Shown piece after piece: positions 24,523 to 33,671 of a stretch of 64,000 bases of DNA (positions within the stretch are counted from its first letter, which is position 1; every line of letters begins with the position of its first letter). The notes beneath the pieces are model-generated. The model saw nothing but the letters and a program-made list of their open reading frames with translations. It did not search any database and was not told where the DNA came from. A program made the translations under genes and the position numbers. The stretch is from a virus: IMG/VR virus record IMGVR_UViG_3300031228_000004, positions 2,320-66,319 of that record; one strand, 5' to 3'.

Positions 24523-24921
24523 ATGTTCACCGTCAGTTCAAGCTTCAACCTCGACCGGGGCCGGATCGAACGCATGCTGCGCCTGCCGGGCGGCATGGTG
24601 CACCGCAACATGGAACGCCGCGTACGCCGCGTGGAAGCCGAAGCCCGCAGGCGCGCACCCGGCAGCATGGGCCAGGGCAGCAACATCACCTCGCAGATCC
24701 AACGCGGACCGGGCGGCGACTTCCGAGGAGTCATCAACTCCCGGCACCCCGCGACCCTTTACGTCCTGTACGGCACGCGCCCGCACCGCATCGAACCGCG
24801 CAGGCGAGGGGGCGTCCTCCGGTTCACGGTGGGCGGCCGGGTCGTGTACGCGAAGTACGCCATGCATCCGGGCACCAAACCTAATAACTGGCTGCGTGAC
24901 GCGTTGCGCGCGGCTCTCTAA
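24523..24921 (+). CDS. neck/tail completion protein (HK97 gp10-like)
   Basis: Basic; ATLYVLYGTRPHRI...VVYAKYAMHPGTKPNNWLRDAL. Confidence 0.7.
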   Translation: MFTVSSSFNLDRGRIERMLRLPGGMVHRNMERRVRRVEAEARRRAPGSMGQGSNITSQIQRGPGGDFRGVINSRHPATLYVLYGTRPHRIEPRRRGGVLRFTVGGRVVYAKYAMHPGTKPNNWLRDALRAAL

Positions 24922-24925
24922 CACT

Positions 24926-24958
24926 CCGGAATGATCATGGCGGGGTGGAACCTACCTT
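24926..24958 (+). promoter_or_regulatory. candidate late promoter (leaderless tail chaperone)
   Basis: CCGGAATGATC-N16-TACCTT-N6-ATG(24965). Confidence 0.65.
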
Positions 24959-24964
24959 CCGACC

Positions 24965-25417
24965 ATGACCGAACTCACCCCCGCCGAAGCCATCCCCGTC
25001 AAGGACTTCAGCCGCAAACGCGAGCGGCACATCTTCCGCATCGACGGCGACACCTTCGAAGCCGCCACCGCCGTCCCCGGCATGGTCCTCGCACGCTTCG
25101 CCGCCCTCTTCAACGACATCGAGAAGAGCGCACCCGACAAAGCCATGCGCGCCATCACCGACGCCCTCGGCATGGTCCTCCTGCCCGAGTCCAACGCACT
25201 GTTCCAAAAGCGCCTCGACGACCTGGAACGCCCGATCGAACTGGAGCAGGCCTCCGACGTCATCACCTGGCTTCTGGAGCAGTACGGGCTACGCCCTACG
25301 GAGCCGTCCTCGCCCTCGTCGCCTGGGCTTCCCAGCCCGGCATCTGGCACGAGCTCGACGGACGCTGCGCAGCCGCAGGCGTCGATCCCGGCGACCTTCC
25401 AGCCGACCGCTTCCTGA
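24965..25417 (+). CDS. tail assembly chaperone (gpG)
   Basis: Directly upstream of tape measure; ends ...EQYGLRPT + low-complexity tail. Confidence 0.75.
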   Translation: MTELTPAEAIPVKDFSRKRERHIFRIDGDTFEAATAVPGMVLARFAALFNDIEKSAPDKAMRAITDALGMVLLPESNALFQKRLDDLERPIELEQASDVITWLLEQYGLRPTEPSSPSSPGLPSPASGTSSTDAAQPQASIPATFQPTAS

Positions 25418-25644
25418 ACCTGATCTACGCCGAAATGGTCCAGCGCCTCAACGTCCGCGAAGGCCAAACCCCGGAAGCCGCCCGGAAGCGGTTCGACGGG
25501 CAACTCGGCGTGCCCGCATGGGAAACCCCAGGCCACGAAGCACACGAGCCCGAACCCGGTACCCCGTGGTCTCCCTGGTGGTGGAGCGGCGCTGAAGACG
25601 CCTCCCAAGACTTCCTCAAGTCCATGGGGGTGAACCTCACATGA
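25294..25644 (+). CDS. tail assembly chaperone gpT portion, reached by -1 frameshift
   Basis: The -1 frame from CGC CCT A (25292-98) reads PYGAVLALVAWASQPGIWHELDGRC...MGVNLT up to the tape measure start, with no own RBS or start. Confidence 0.65.
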   Translation, partial: PYGAVLALVAWASQPGIWHELDGRCAAAGVDPGDLPADRFLNLIYAEMVQRLNVREGQTPEAARKRFDGQLGVPAWETPGHEAHEPEPGTPWSPWWWSGAEDASQDFLKSMGVNLT

Positions 25645-28600
25645 GCACCCCCGCTGGTGACGGCCTCGTCGGCAACGCAACGATCCGGATCGACGGTGAC
25701 ACCGACCCGGCGATGCGGGCGTTGCAGCGGTTCTCCCGCGACGCCAACGGACAACTCCGCGACCTGCGCGGCCGGTTCGTCTCCGAGTCGGCGCTCATCA
25801 ACCGGTCGCTGACCAACGCGGCCGGAGGCAGCAACCGATTCGGGCTCTCCCTGCGCAGCCTCGCCAGCGTCGCAGGCACCGTCGGCGGCGTCCTCGGCCG
25901 CGTCGGCATCGGCGTCGCCGGACTCGGCGCCGCAGCAGGAACCTCCGCACCCCTCCTCGCCGGCATCGTCACCACCCTGCAGAACATTGCCCCCGCCGGC
26001 GCGGTCGCCGTCACCGGAATGCTCGCCATTCAGCAGGCCTCGGCTGTGGTGAAGCTCGGCATGGTCGGCATGGACGACGCGATCAGTGCGGCCCTCGACC
26101 CGAGCAAAGCGGCCGAGTTCTCCGAGGCGTTGGAGAAGCTGGCGCCGAATGCCCGCACGTTCGCGCTGGCGGTACGTGACGCGCAGCCTGCCCTGCAGGC
26201 TCTGCAGCAGGGTGTGCAGAACCGGCTGTTCGCGAACTTCGGCGGCGAGCTGGAGCGCTTGGGCACTGCGGTGCTGCCGGTGCTGCGCACGAACTTGAAC
26301 CAGACCGCGACCACCCTGAACGGGATGGCGCTCGGGGTGTCGGTCGCGGCCCGTCGACTGGCTACGAACGGCACCCTCGGCCAGGCGATGGCGGGCGCGA
26401 ACAAGGGCTTGTTGAATCTTCGGAGGGTTCCCGGTCAGGTCGTCACGGCGCTCGGGCAACTCGCCGCTGCGGGCGCCCCCGCTTTCGACCGGATCACTGC
26501 GGCGGCCGGCCGTGCGGCTTCGGGGATCGGTGAGCGCCTCGGTAAGGCGTTTGAGTCGGGGGCGCTGGAACGCGCGGTGAACACGGCCATCGACGTGCTG
26601 AAGGATCTGGGCACCGTCGGCGCCAACATCTTCGCCACGCTCGGCAACATCATGGCGCCCGTACAGGATGCGGGCGGAGGACTGGTCGGTGTCCTGAAGG
26701 AGATCACCGGCGCCCTGCGGGACGCGACGGGAACGCAAGGCTTCCAGGACGCGATCGGCGCTGTGGCGCAGGTGATGGGCACGCTGGCGCGTACGGTGGG
26801 CCCGCTGCTGGGTCAGGCGCTCGCCGCGATCGGCCCCATTTTCACCGCGCTGGGGCCACCGGTAGAGCGGCTGATCACCAGCCTCGGCACGGCCCTGTCG
26901 CCGATCATCACCGCACTCGGCCCCGTCCTCGGCGCCGCGGCGACCGCCGTCGGCGTCCTCGTCGACGCCTTCTCCCCGCTGCTGCCCGTGATCGGCAACC
27001 TGGTCGCCAGTCTGCTGCCGCCTTTGGTGCCAGTCATTAATGCGATCGCGCAGGCCTGGGCTGGTGCGGCGCCGATCGTGCAGCAGTTGGGTCAGATCCT
27101 GACTGCTGTGCTCGCGCCGATCATCGCCCAGCTACCGACGATCATGGCGCCGTTGATTGCGACGTTCACACAGCTCACCAGCCAGATCCTCCCGGTCGTG
27201 TCCCAGTTGCTGGTGGCGCTGACGCCGGCGCTCACCTCGCTCGGGCAGTCCTTCGGGCAGATCCTCGTCGCGGTCGCCCCGCTGTTGGCGGTCCTCGGCC
27301 AGTTGATCGGGTCGTATCTGCGGGTGATGTTGCCGGTCCTGACGCCGATCATCGCCCTGGTCGGACAGTTGGCGTCGATCCTCGCCGGGCAGCTGGCGAG
27401 CGTCATCAACAACATCGTCGTGCCTGCCCTGCGCGTCGTGACCGCGCTCCTGCGCGGTGATTTCTCCGGCGCCTGGAACGCGCTGAAAGCCCTGTTCACC
27501 GGGGTCGGGCGGCACATTGCCACGACCGTGTCCAACATGGCCGCCGTTGTCCGCAGCATCCTCGGCGCGATCATCGGCGTTTTCCGCGCGCTCCCTGGAC
27601 GTGCTTTCTCCGCGCTGGCCTCTCTGGCGGGAGGCCTGCTCCGCATCGGCGTAATCGCACTGTCCCGTTTCCGGTCGGCCATCGTGTCGGGCGCTGCATC
27701 CGCGGTCAGTTTCGTGCGCGGCGTCCCGGGCCGGATCCGTGGTGCGCTTGCTTCCCTTGGCGGACTGATCGCGGCGCTGGCCAGGTCCGCGTTCGCTCGC
27801 TTCCGGTCCGCAATCTCCAGCGGGGCGGCCAGCGCGGTCGGTGTCGTCCGCGGTATCCCCGGCCGGATCCGGGGCGCGCTCGGCGCTATCGGCGGTCTCC
27901 TTGTCGGCGCAGGCCGCGACCTGATCCGCGGCATGATCAGCGGCATCCGCAGCATGGCAGGATCGCTGGTGTCCGCCGCCAAGGGCGTCGTCGGCAGCGC
28001 CGTCAGCAGCGCGAAGAACCTTCTGGGCATCAGCAGCCCGTCGAAGGTGTTCGCGGAGATCGGCCGCCAGACCGGGCAGGGCCTCATCGACGGGCTGAGG
28101 GCGTCGGGCCCGAAGGTCGCAGCGGCGGCCAAGAAACTCAGCGCGGCGGCGAGCGTGACCGCCGGGGCGGCGTCGCGCGGGCGTCGTTCGAGCGGCAGCA
28201 AGGCGAAGGGCGGGTACGGGGCAGCCGTGTCCGAGCTGCAGAAGCTGGTCGACTCCGGGCGGTGGCGTAAGCGCGGCAGCCAACTGTTCGAGGACGTTTC
28301 CTTCCAGGGCATGTCCCGCAACTTCCAGGCACAGCAGATGAAGGTCGCTGACGGGTTCTGGGATGCGGTCGCCGAGATCAAGAAGGCGGTGAAGTCGGGG
28401 AAGGCCGTCTTCGAGGACATGACGTTCAAGGGCATGTCCGGCAACGTGTCGCGGTTCCACGACATGATCGCGCAAATCTGGAAGGGCAACCCGTACGGCC
28501 GCAACTTCGGCGACTGGGGAAACTTCGGCGCCTACGGCCGCTACGGAAAGTACGCGAGCGGCGGCCTCATCCAAGGACGCGGCACAGGCACCTCAGACTC

Positions 28601-28874
28601 GGTACCCATCCTCGCCTCCAACGGCGAGTACATGATCCGCTCCGCCGCCGTGGACCACTACGGCGTCGGCCTGTTCGACCAACTCAACTCCATGACCGGC
28701 CCACGGCGCTCCGCAGGATCCTCCGGCACAGCGCCAAGCACAGTCGGCGAACTCCACCTGCACCTCCACAACGACGGCGTGATCGGCTCCCAGATGGAGC
28801 TCGACAACTGGCTGGCGAAATCCATGGACCGCCTGAACCGCACCAACCGCCTCCCCGTAGCGAGGGGTGCCTGA
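25641..28874 (+). CDS. tape measure protein
   Basis: 1077 aa, Ala/Gly/Leu-rich amphipathic repeats, LGISSPSKVF, ASGG...GTGTSDSVP..ASNGEY. Confidence 0.92.
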   Translation: MSTPAGDGLVGNATIRIDGDTDPAMRALQRFSRDANGQLRDLRGRFVSESALINRSLTNAAGGSNRFGLSLRSLASVAGTVGGVLGRVGIGVAGLGAAAGTSAPLLAGIVTTLQNIAPAGAVAVTGMLAIQQASAVVKLGMVGMDDAISAALDPSKAAEFSEALEKLAPNARTFALAVRDAQPALQALQQGVQNRLFANFGGELERLGTAVLPVLRTNLNQTATTLNGMALGVSVAARRLATNGTLGQAMAGANKGLLNLRRVPGQVVTALGQLAAAGAPAFDRITAAAGRAASGIGERLGKAFESGALERAVNTAIDVLKDLGTVGANIFATLGNIMAPVQDAGGGLVGVLKEITGALRDATGTQGFQDAIGAVAQVMGTLARTVGPLLGQALAAIGPIFTALGPPVERLITSLGTALSPIITALGPVLGAAATAVGVLVDAFSPLLPVIGNLVASLLPPLVPVINAIAQAWAGAAPIVQQLGQILTAVLAPIIAQLPTIMAPLIATFTQLTSQILPVVSQLLVALTPALTSLGQSFGQILVAVAPLLAVLGQLIGSYLRVMLPVLTPIIALVGQLASILAGQLASVINNIVVPALRVVTALLRGDFSGAWNALKALFTGVGRHIATTVSNMAAVVRSILGAIIGVFRALPGRAFSALASLAGGLLRIGVIALSRFRSAIVSGAASAVSFVRGVPGRIRGALASLGGLIAALARSAFARFRSAISSGAASAVGVVRGIPGRIRGALGAIGGLLVGAGRDLIRGMISGIRSMAGSLVSAAKGVVGSAVSSAKNLLGISSPSKVFAEIGRQTGQGLIDGLRASGPKVAAAAKKLSAAASVTAGAASRGRRSSGSKAKGGYGAAVSELQKLVDSGRWRKRGSQLFEDVSFQGMSRNFQAQQMKVADGFWDAVAEIKKAVKSGKAVFEDMTFKGMSGNVSRFHDMIAQIWKGNPYGRNFGDWGNFGAYGRYGKYASGGLIQGRGTGTSDSVPILASNGEYMIRSAAVDHYGVGLFDQLNSMTGPRRSAGSSGTAPSTVGELHLHLHNDGVIGSQMELDNWLAKSMDRLNRTNRLPVARGA

Positions 28875-28875
28875 C

Positions 28876-31638
28876 ATGGCGTTGATCGGCACGCTGCGGG
28901 ACACCTTCAACGACAACGTCGTAGACCCCACGAAGTGGCCCGACTCGTACGGCACGTTCAGCGAAACCGGCGGACGTGCACGGGTCGCCTGCGACACCGG
29001 GTTCAACGCGTACGCAACCGCCGAGGAGTGGACTCTCGAAGAGTCGGAGGCGCGCTGCCAACTGTTCCCGCCCGCAGCGGGCGGCGCGGCAGCCGAAGCG
29101 TGGGCGCAACTGCTGGTCACCTCCACCACCGCCGGCACCGACGCCATCATCGAAGTGAACGCCGCGACCGGCGTCCTCGGCATGGCGGTACGGACCGGGT
29201 TCTTCGACCCCGGATTCACCAGCCTGCCCTACGACCCGGTCGCGCATGCGTGGCTGCGGATCAGGGAGGCCGGCGGGGACCTGCACTGGGAGACCAGCGC
29301 GGACGGCATCACCTGGACCACCCGCCGTACCGCTTCCTCCCCGGCGTGGGTGGCGGACGTCGACCTGCAAGTTCAGCTGATCGCGCACCGGGACGGCGGT
29401 GTTGATGATGTCGCTGAGTTCGACAACTTCAACATCACCCCGTCGACCGCGGTGTTCGCCGACCTGACCGACGACTTCGACGACAACACGGTCGACGCGG
29501 CGAAGTGGCCGGACAACTACAACACCGGACCCGGCGGCCTCCCGACCGAGACCGGCGGCCGGGCCCGCGTGCCGTGCGATACCGGCTTCGCGGCGTACGC
29601 ATCGGACGCCCTCTACAAACTGGAGGGCTCGCACACCTTTGTGCGAATGTTCCCGCCCGACGGTGGCGGCAACAGCGAGGCGTACTCGCAACTGCTGATC
29701 GTCTCCGATGTCGTCGGCACACAGATCGTCTTCGAAGTCGACGCCGTCACCAACATCCTGCTGATGACCATCCACGTCGATTTCGTCGACGAGGGCGGCC
29801 AGACCATCCCCTACGACCCGGTCGAACACGCGTGGCTGCGGATCCGCGAAGACGCCGGAACCGTGTACTGGGAGACCTCGGCGGACGGCCGCGAATGGGT
29901 AACCCGGCACAGCGACACGGCACCGTCCTGGACCGGCGAGAACGACCTGCAAGTGCAGCTCCTCGCGCACTGCTCACCGATCGTCACCGGCGGCGGCCCG
30001 ACCGGCGAGTTCGCGGAGTTCGACGATTTCAACATCACGCCGACGCTGCCCGACGGGTACACCGTCGCGGTCGACTGGAACAGTGACGGCGACTTCGACG
30101 ACGACCATGATGACGTCACCGCCGATGTCCTGCGCCGCGGCGCGGTCACCTTCCAGTACGGACGCGACCAAGCCCGCCAGCTGTCCCCGCCGATGGTCGG
30201 CAGTATCTCCTTCGGGCTGTGCAACGCCGACCGCATCTACAGCCCGGAGAACCCTGACTCGCCGATCGTCAACGACATCGCACCCGCAGCCCCGGTCAAA
30301 GTCGAAGTCGTCACCGGCGACACCCTGTACCCGCTGATCCGCGGACGCATCGACGATTTCGAAGTACACCCGGACCGCGACAACCGGACGGCGGACATCA
30401 GCGCGCTGGATGACCTGTCGCTGCTGCGCGGCACCACCATCTCCACCGAACTGTACGAGGCGCAGCGCACCGGAACCCTGATCGGGATCATCCTCGACCA
30501 GATCGGCTGGACCGCACCACGGGATCTGGACCTGGGCGGGACGTTCGTGCCGTGGTGGTGGGCGGAGAACCAGGACGCGTTCACCGCGCTCACGGAACTC
30601 CTCGACTCGGAAGGCCCGCCAGCGATCGCGTATGTCGCCCCGGACGGCACCTTCGTGTTCCGGGACCGGCACCACCGGCTGCTGCGGGATGCGTCGATCA
30701 CCTCGCAAGCGGCCTTCGCTGCACGGGAGGTGACATGCGACTCCCCGGCGGTGACGGGCTTCTCTTACCTCCCCCCGTTCGAATACGTCCATGGCTGGCG
30801 CGACATCATCAACAGCGTGGTGTTCGCCGTCGAGGAACGCCGCCCCGCCGCCGGCCTCACTGTGGTGTGGGAGTCCGACGACACCATCAGCCTCGCCCTC
30901 GGCCAGTCCATCACCGTCGACGTCCAAGCATCCGACCCGTTCCGTGACGCCCAAGACCTGCTCGATGGAACCGACATCGTCTACACCGGCAGCGGCGTCC
31001 CCCTCACCCTGCTGTCCCGCCGCTCCGGCCAGGCCCTGACCATCACCATCACCGCGGCAGGCGGCACCCTGAACATCACCCACTTGCAAGTGCGCGGCCG
31101 GTCGGTTCCTGTGGCGCGCACGGTGCAGGTGGCGGCGGACGACTCGGTGAGTATCGCGAGGCACTCCCGCCGTTCGTATCAGGAAGACCCGCCGTGGGTG
31201 AGCGCCAACGATGCTGCCGCGATCACGCAGTTGTTGCTGGCGCACTATGCGGAACGCCGCCCTACGGTGCAGTTGCGGATCGTGTCGTCCGACATGGCGC
31301 ACTGGTTGCAGATCCTCACCCGCACGCTGTCGGACCGGATCACCATCCGCAACGGCGAACTCGGCCTGGACGCGGACTTCTACATTGAGCGGATCGAGCA
31401 GACCCTCACCCGCATGATGGTCGACGAGGACACCTGCGAGGACCCGGTGCACTACGCGGTCTTCGGCTGCGAACGCACGCTGGGGGACCCGGCGGAGAAC
31501 CCGTTCACGTTCGATGTGGCGGGCCTCGGCTTCGACGATGGCGTGTTCGACCCGACCGCGGCCGACAATCCGGAGACGGTGTTCATCTTCGACCACGCGG
31601 TGCAGGGCCAGTTCAACACGGGCCAGTTCGGTACCTGA
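28876..31638 (+). CDS. minor tail protein: two tandem beta-sandwich (lectin-like) repeats + tail hub domain
   Basis: D.F.DN.VD..KWPD.Y...AEFD.FNITP occurs twice; then VAVDW...hub region; C-terminal FTFD..G.GFD motif. Confidence 0.75.
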   Translation: MALIGTLRDTFNDNVVDPTKWPDSYGTFSETGGRARVACDTGFNAYATAEEWTLEESEARCQLFPPAAGGAAAEAWAQLLVTSTTAGTDAIIEVNAATGVLGMAVRTGFFDPGFTSLPYDPVAHAWLRIREAGGDLHWETSADGITWTTRRTASSPAWVADVDLQVQLIAHRDGGVDDVAEFDNFNITPSTAVFADLTDDFDDNTVDAAKWPDNYNTGPGGLPTETGGRARVPCDTGFAAYASDALYKLEGSHTFVRMFPPDGGGNSEAYSQLLIVSDVVGTQIVFEVDAVTNILLMTIHVDFVDEGGQTIPYDPVEHAWLRIREDAGTVYWETSADGREWVTRHSDTAPSWTGENDLQVQLLAHCSPIVTGGGPTGEFAEFDDFNITPTLPDGYTVAVDWNSDGDFDDDHDDVTADVLRRGAVTFQYGRDQARQLSPPMVGSISFGLCNADRIYSPENPDSPIVNDIAPAAPVKVEVVTGDTLYPLIRGRIDDFEVHPDRDNRTADISALDDLSLLRGTTISTELYEAQRTGTLIGIILDQIGWTAPRDLDLGGTFVPWWWAENQDAFTALTELLDSEGPPAIAYVAPDGTFVFRDRHHRLLRDASITSQAAFAAREVTCDSPAVTGFSYLPPFEYVHGWRDIINSVVFAVEERRPAAGLTVVWESDDTISLALGQSITVDVQASDPFRDAQDLLDGTDIVYTGSGVPLTLLSRRSGQALTITITAAGGTLNITHLQVRGRSVPVARTVQVAADDSVSIARHSRRSYQEDPPWVSANDAAAITQLLLAHYAERRPTVQLRIVSSDMAHWLQILTRTLSDRITIRNGELGLDADFYIERIEQTLTRMMVDEDTCEDPVHYAVFGCERTLGDPAENPFTFDVAGLGFDDGVFDPTAADNPETVFIFDHAVQGQFNTGQFGT

Positions 31639-31644
31639 CCACTC

Positions 31645-31677
31645 CCGGAATGATCTTCGGCGGGTGGGTTCTACCGT
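31645..31677 (+). promoter_or_regulatory. candidate late promoter (leaderless 31684)
   Basis: CCGGAATGATC-N16-TACCGT-N6-ATG(31684). Confidence 0.65.
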
Positions 31678-31683
31678 CACCGC

Positions 31684-32061
31684 ATGGTCCACCTGATCGC
31701 GCCCACAGCACGCGCCCGCGTCTACTGCGGCGACTGGATAGCGGACTGCCCACGCCCCGACTGCGGCGGCGCCGAGCACCTCTACGACCTGTCCAACCCC
31801 CGCAACCCCCGCTCACCCCGCGTCGTGCAGAAGGGCGAGTTCTACTGCACCAACTGCCGTCTCACCGCGCCGATCGAATGGCCCTCCAACCTGGCCGACA
31901 TCACCGCCGTCCTCATGCTGCGCCCCGTCCCGCAAACCCGCATCTGGTATCCGGACGGGCACATCGAGGCCGTCAAGTGCAACATCCCGCACGGCCAGAC
32001 AGTGGACGAGCTGCGCGAAGAGAACGCCGAACACGGCGTACCGACCGGGGCGGTGGCCTGA
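31684..32061 (+). CDS. tail-module hypothetical protein (Cys-rich)
   Basis: WIADCPRPDC...FYCTNC...QTVDELREENAEHG. Confidence 0.7.
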   Translation: MVHLIAPTARARVYCGDWIADCPRPDCGGAEHLYDLSNPRNPRSPRVVQKGEFYCTNCRLTAPIEWPSNLADITAVLMLRPVPQTRIWYPDGHIEAVKCNIPHGQTVDELREENAEHGVPTGAVA

Positions 32062-32603
32062 TGGCCTGGTCGGCGCCAATGACAGCGGTAGCAAATACGA
32101 TCTTTTCAGCCGCGCAGTTCAACCAATACGTGAGGGACAACCTCAACGAAACCTCGCCAGCGAAAGCCACCTCGGCCGGTTCCTACTTCGTGGCCGACGG
32201 CGTCAACAGCATCGCCGAACGCACCCCGAACCAGGCGGGCATCCTCACCTCCGAAACCACCATGTCCAGCGCATTCGCGGACCTGGCCACCTTCGGGCCG
32301 TCCGTAACCGTGGACACCGGGCCGTACGCGCTCGTCCTCACCCACTGCCAGGTCGAAAACGACGGCTTCGGATCCGCGTACGCCGGCGTCGAGGTGACCG
32401 GCGCCTCATCGATCGCCCCCGCACTCAACCGGGCCATCAACGTCTTCAACTCCCCAGACACCCGCGTCGGCGCAGGCACGGCGGTGCTGTATGCGGGTGG
32501 CCTGCTCCTCACCCCAGGGTCGAACACGTTCACGATGAAATACCGCGTCTCGTCGGGTGAGGGCACATTCGCTGACCGCCGCATCATCGTGATGCCGCTC
32601 TAA
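32061..32603 (+). CDS. minor tail/fibre protein, paralog 1
   Basis: MAWSAPMTAVA...FNQYVRDNL anchor; S/T/G-rich beta C-terminus. Confidence 0.75.
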   Translation: MAWSAPMTAVANTIFSAAQFNQYVRDNLNETSPAKATSAGSYFVADGVNSIAERTPNQAGILTSETTMSSAFADLATFGPSVTVDTGPYALVLTHCQVENDGFGSAYAGVEVTGASSIAPALNRAINVFNSPDTRVGAGTAVLYAGGLLLTPGSNTFTMKYRVSSGEGTFADRRIIVMPL

Positions 32604-32618
32604 AGGGGGCTGATTCAC

Positions 32619-33167
32619 ATCGCCTGGACAGCACCAATGACAGCGGTAGCCGGAAGCGTCTACACCGCAGCCCAGTTCAACCAATTCGTCAGAGACAATT
32701 TGAACGAAACCGCACCCGCGAAAGCAGCGACCGCCGGCAGCTACTTCGCCGTCGACGGCGCCAACAGCATCATCGAACGCGTCCCCGAAGGCGCCCTCGA
32801 CGTAGCTTCCGGCACCACCACCTCCACCAGTTTCACCGACCTCGACGCGCCCGCCCTCGCCGGCCCGTCCGTCACGGTCACTACCGGGGTTTCCGCCGTG
32901 GTCATCGTGCACTGCACCCTCTCCAACTCCGGCACCGGCTCCGCGCGCATGGGATACGACATTTCGGGGGCCGGTGCCGTAGCTGCGGCCGACAACCGCG
33001 GCATCGGTTTTTTCGGGGCTGCGGGCGCCAGCTTGGTGGCGGGCACCACTGTGCTGCACCAGTCGGGCAGCCTGACGCCTGGTGTCAACACGTTCACGGC
33101 GAAGTACCGGGTCAGCTCGGGCACGGGCACTTTCTCCGCTCGCCGTATCGCCGTCTTGCCCCTCTGA
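32619..33167 (+). CDS. minor tail/fibre protein, paralog 2 (ATC start or downstream ATG 32637)
   Basis: (I)AWTAPMTAVA...FNQFVRDNL; colinear with paralog 1; AGGGGG RBS spaced for ATC at 32619. Confidence 0.75.
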   Translation: MAWTAPMTAVAGSVYTAAQFNQFVRDNLNETAPAKAATAGSYFAVDGANSIIERVPEGALDVASGTTTSTSFTDLDAPALAGPSVTVTTGVSAVVIVHCTLSNSGTGSARMGYDISGAGAVAAADNRGIGFFGAAGASLVAGTTVLHQSGSLTPGVNTFTAKYRVSSGTGTFSARRIAVLPL

Positions 33168-33181
33168 TCGGAGGCCTTGTC

Positions 33182-33670
33182 GTGTCTGCCCGCATCTGCT
33201 CGCTGATCTGCCCTGAATCTCAGACCATCCCAGCCGATGGCAAATACCACCTTCTCCGCTTTCCGTTCGGCGGCGGCGAGTCGTATGACGCGTGGGGCAT
33301 GCACCAGATGCAGCAGCCCGACGGGTACACGATCACAGACTGGCGAACGGATCCCAGGTCGGGGCTGATCTGGCCCGCCGCGGACGGGTGGGGTTCCCTG
33401 ACCGGGGTGATCTATTGGGCGTCTGGAAACTACACCGAGGTCCGTGACCGGTTCGTTCGCGATCCCCTCAACTTGACCACGGGCTACAACTCGACGGCTA
33501 CCGAGGACGAAGAGCCGACGCCGGGCGGCCAGTACCTACACAAATCACACGAGATGTTCGTGCACCCAAACGTACCGATCGGGCTGCTCGTCAAGCACAA
33601 CGCCAGCGGGCCAGTGGACGTCACGCACGCGCAGTTCAAACTCGCGATCCATCCCGTAGAGGAGCCGTGA
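33182..33670 (+). CDS. hypothetical beta-rich protein upstream of endolysin
   Basis: GGAGG RBS with GTG; adjacent to lysin. Confidence 0.7.
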   Translation: MSARICSLICPESQTIPADGKYHLLRFPFGGGESYDAWGMHQMQQPDGYTITDWRTDPRSGLIWPAADGWGSLTGVIYWASGNYTEVRDRFVRDPLNLTTGYNSTATEDEEPTPGGQYLHKSHEMFVHPNVPIGLLVKHNASGPVDVTHAQFKLAIHPVEEP

Positions 33671-33671
33671 C

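Noticed and set aside
32061-33167. Diversity-generating retroelement template/variable repeat pair
   Set aside because: No reverse transcriptase in the window, and differences between the paralogs are not confined to adenines; this is an ordinary gene duplication.
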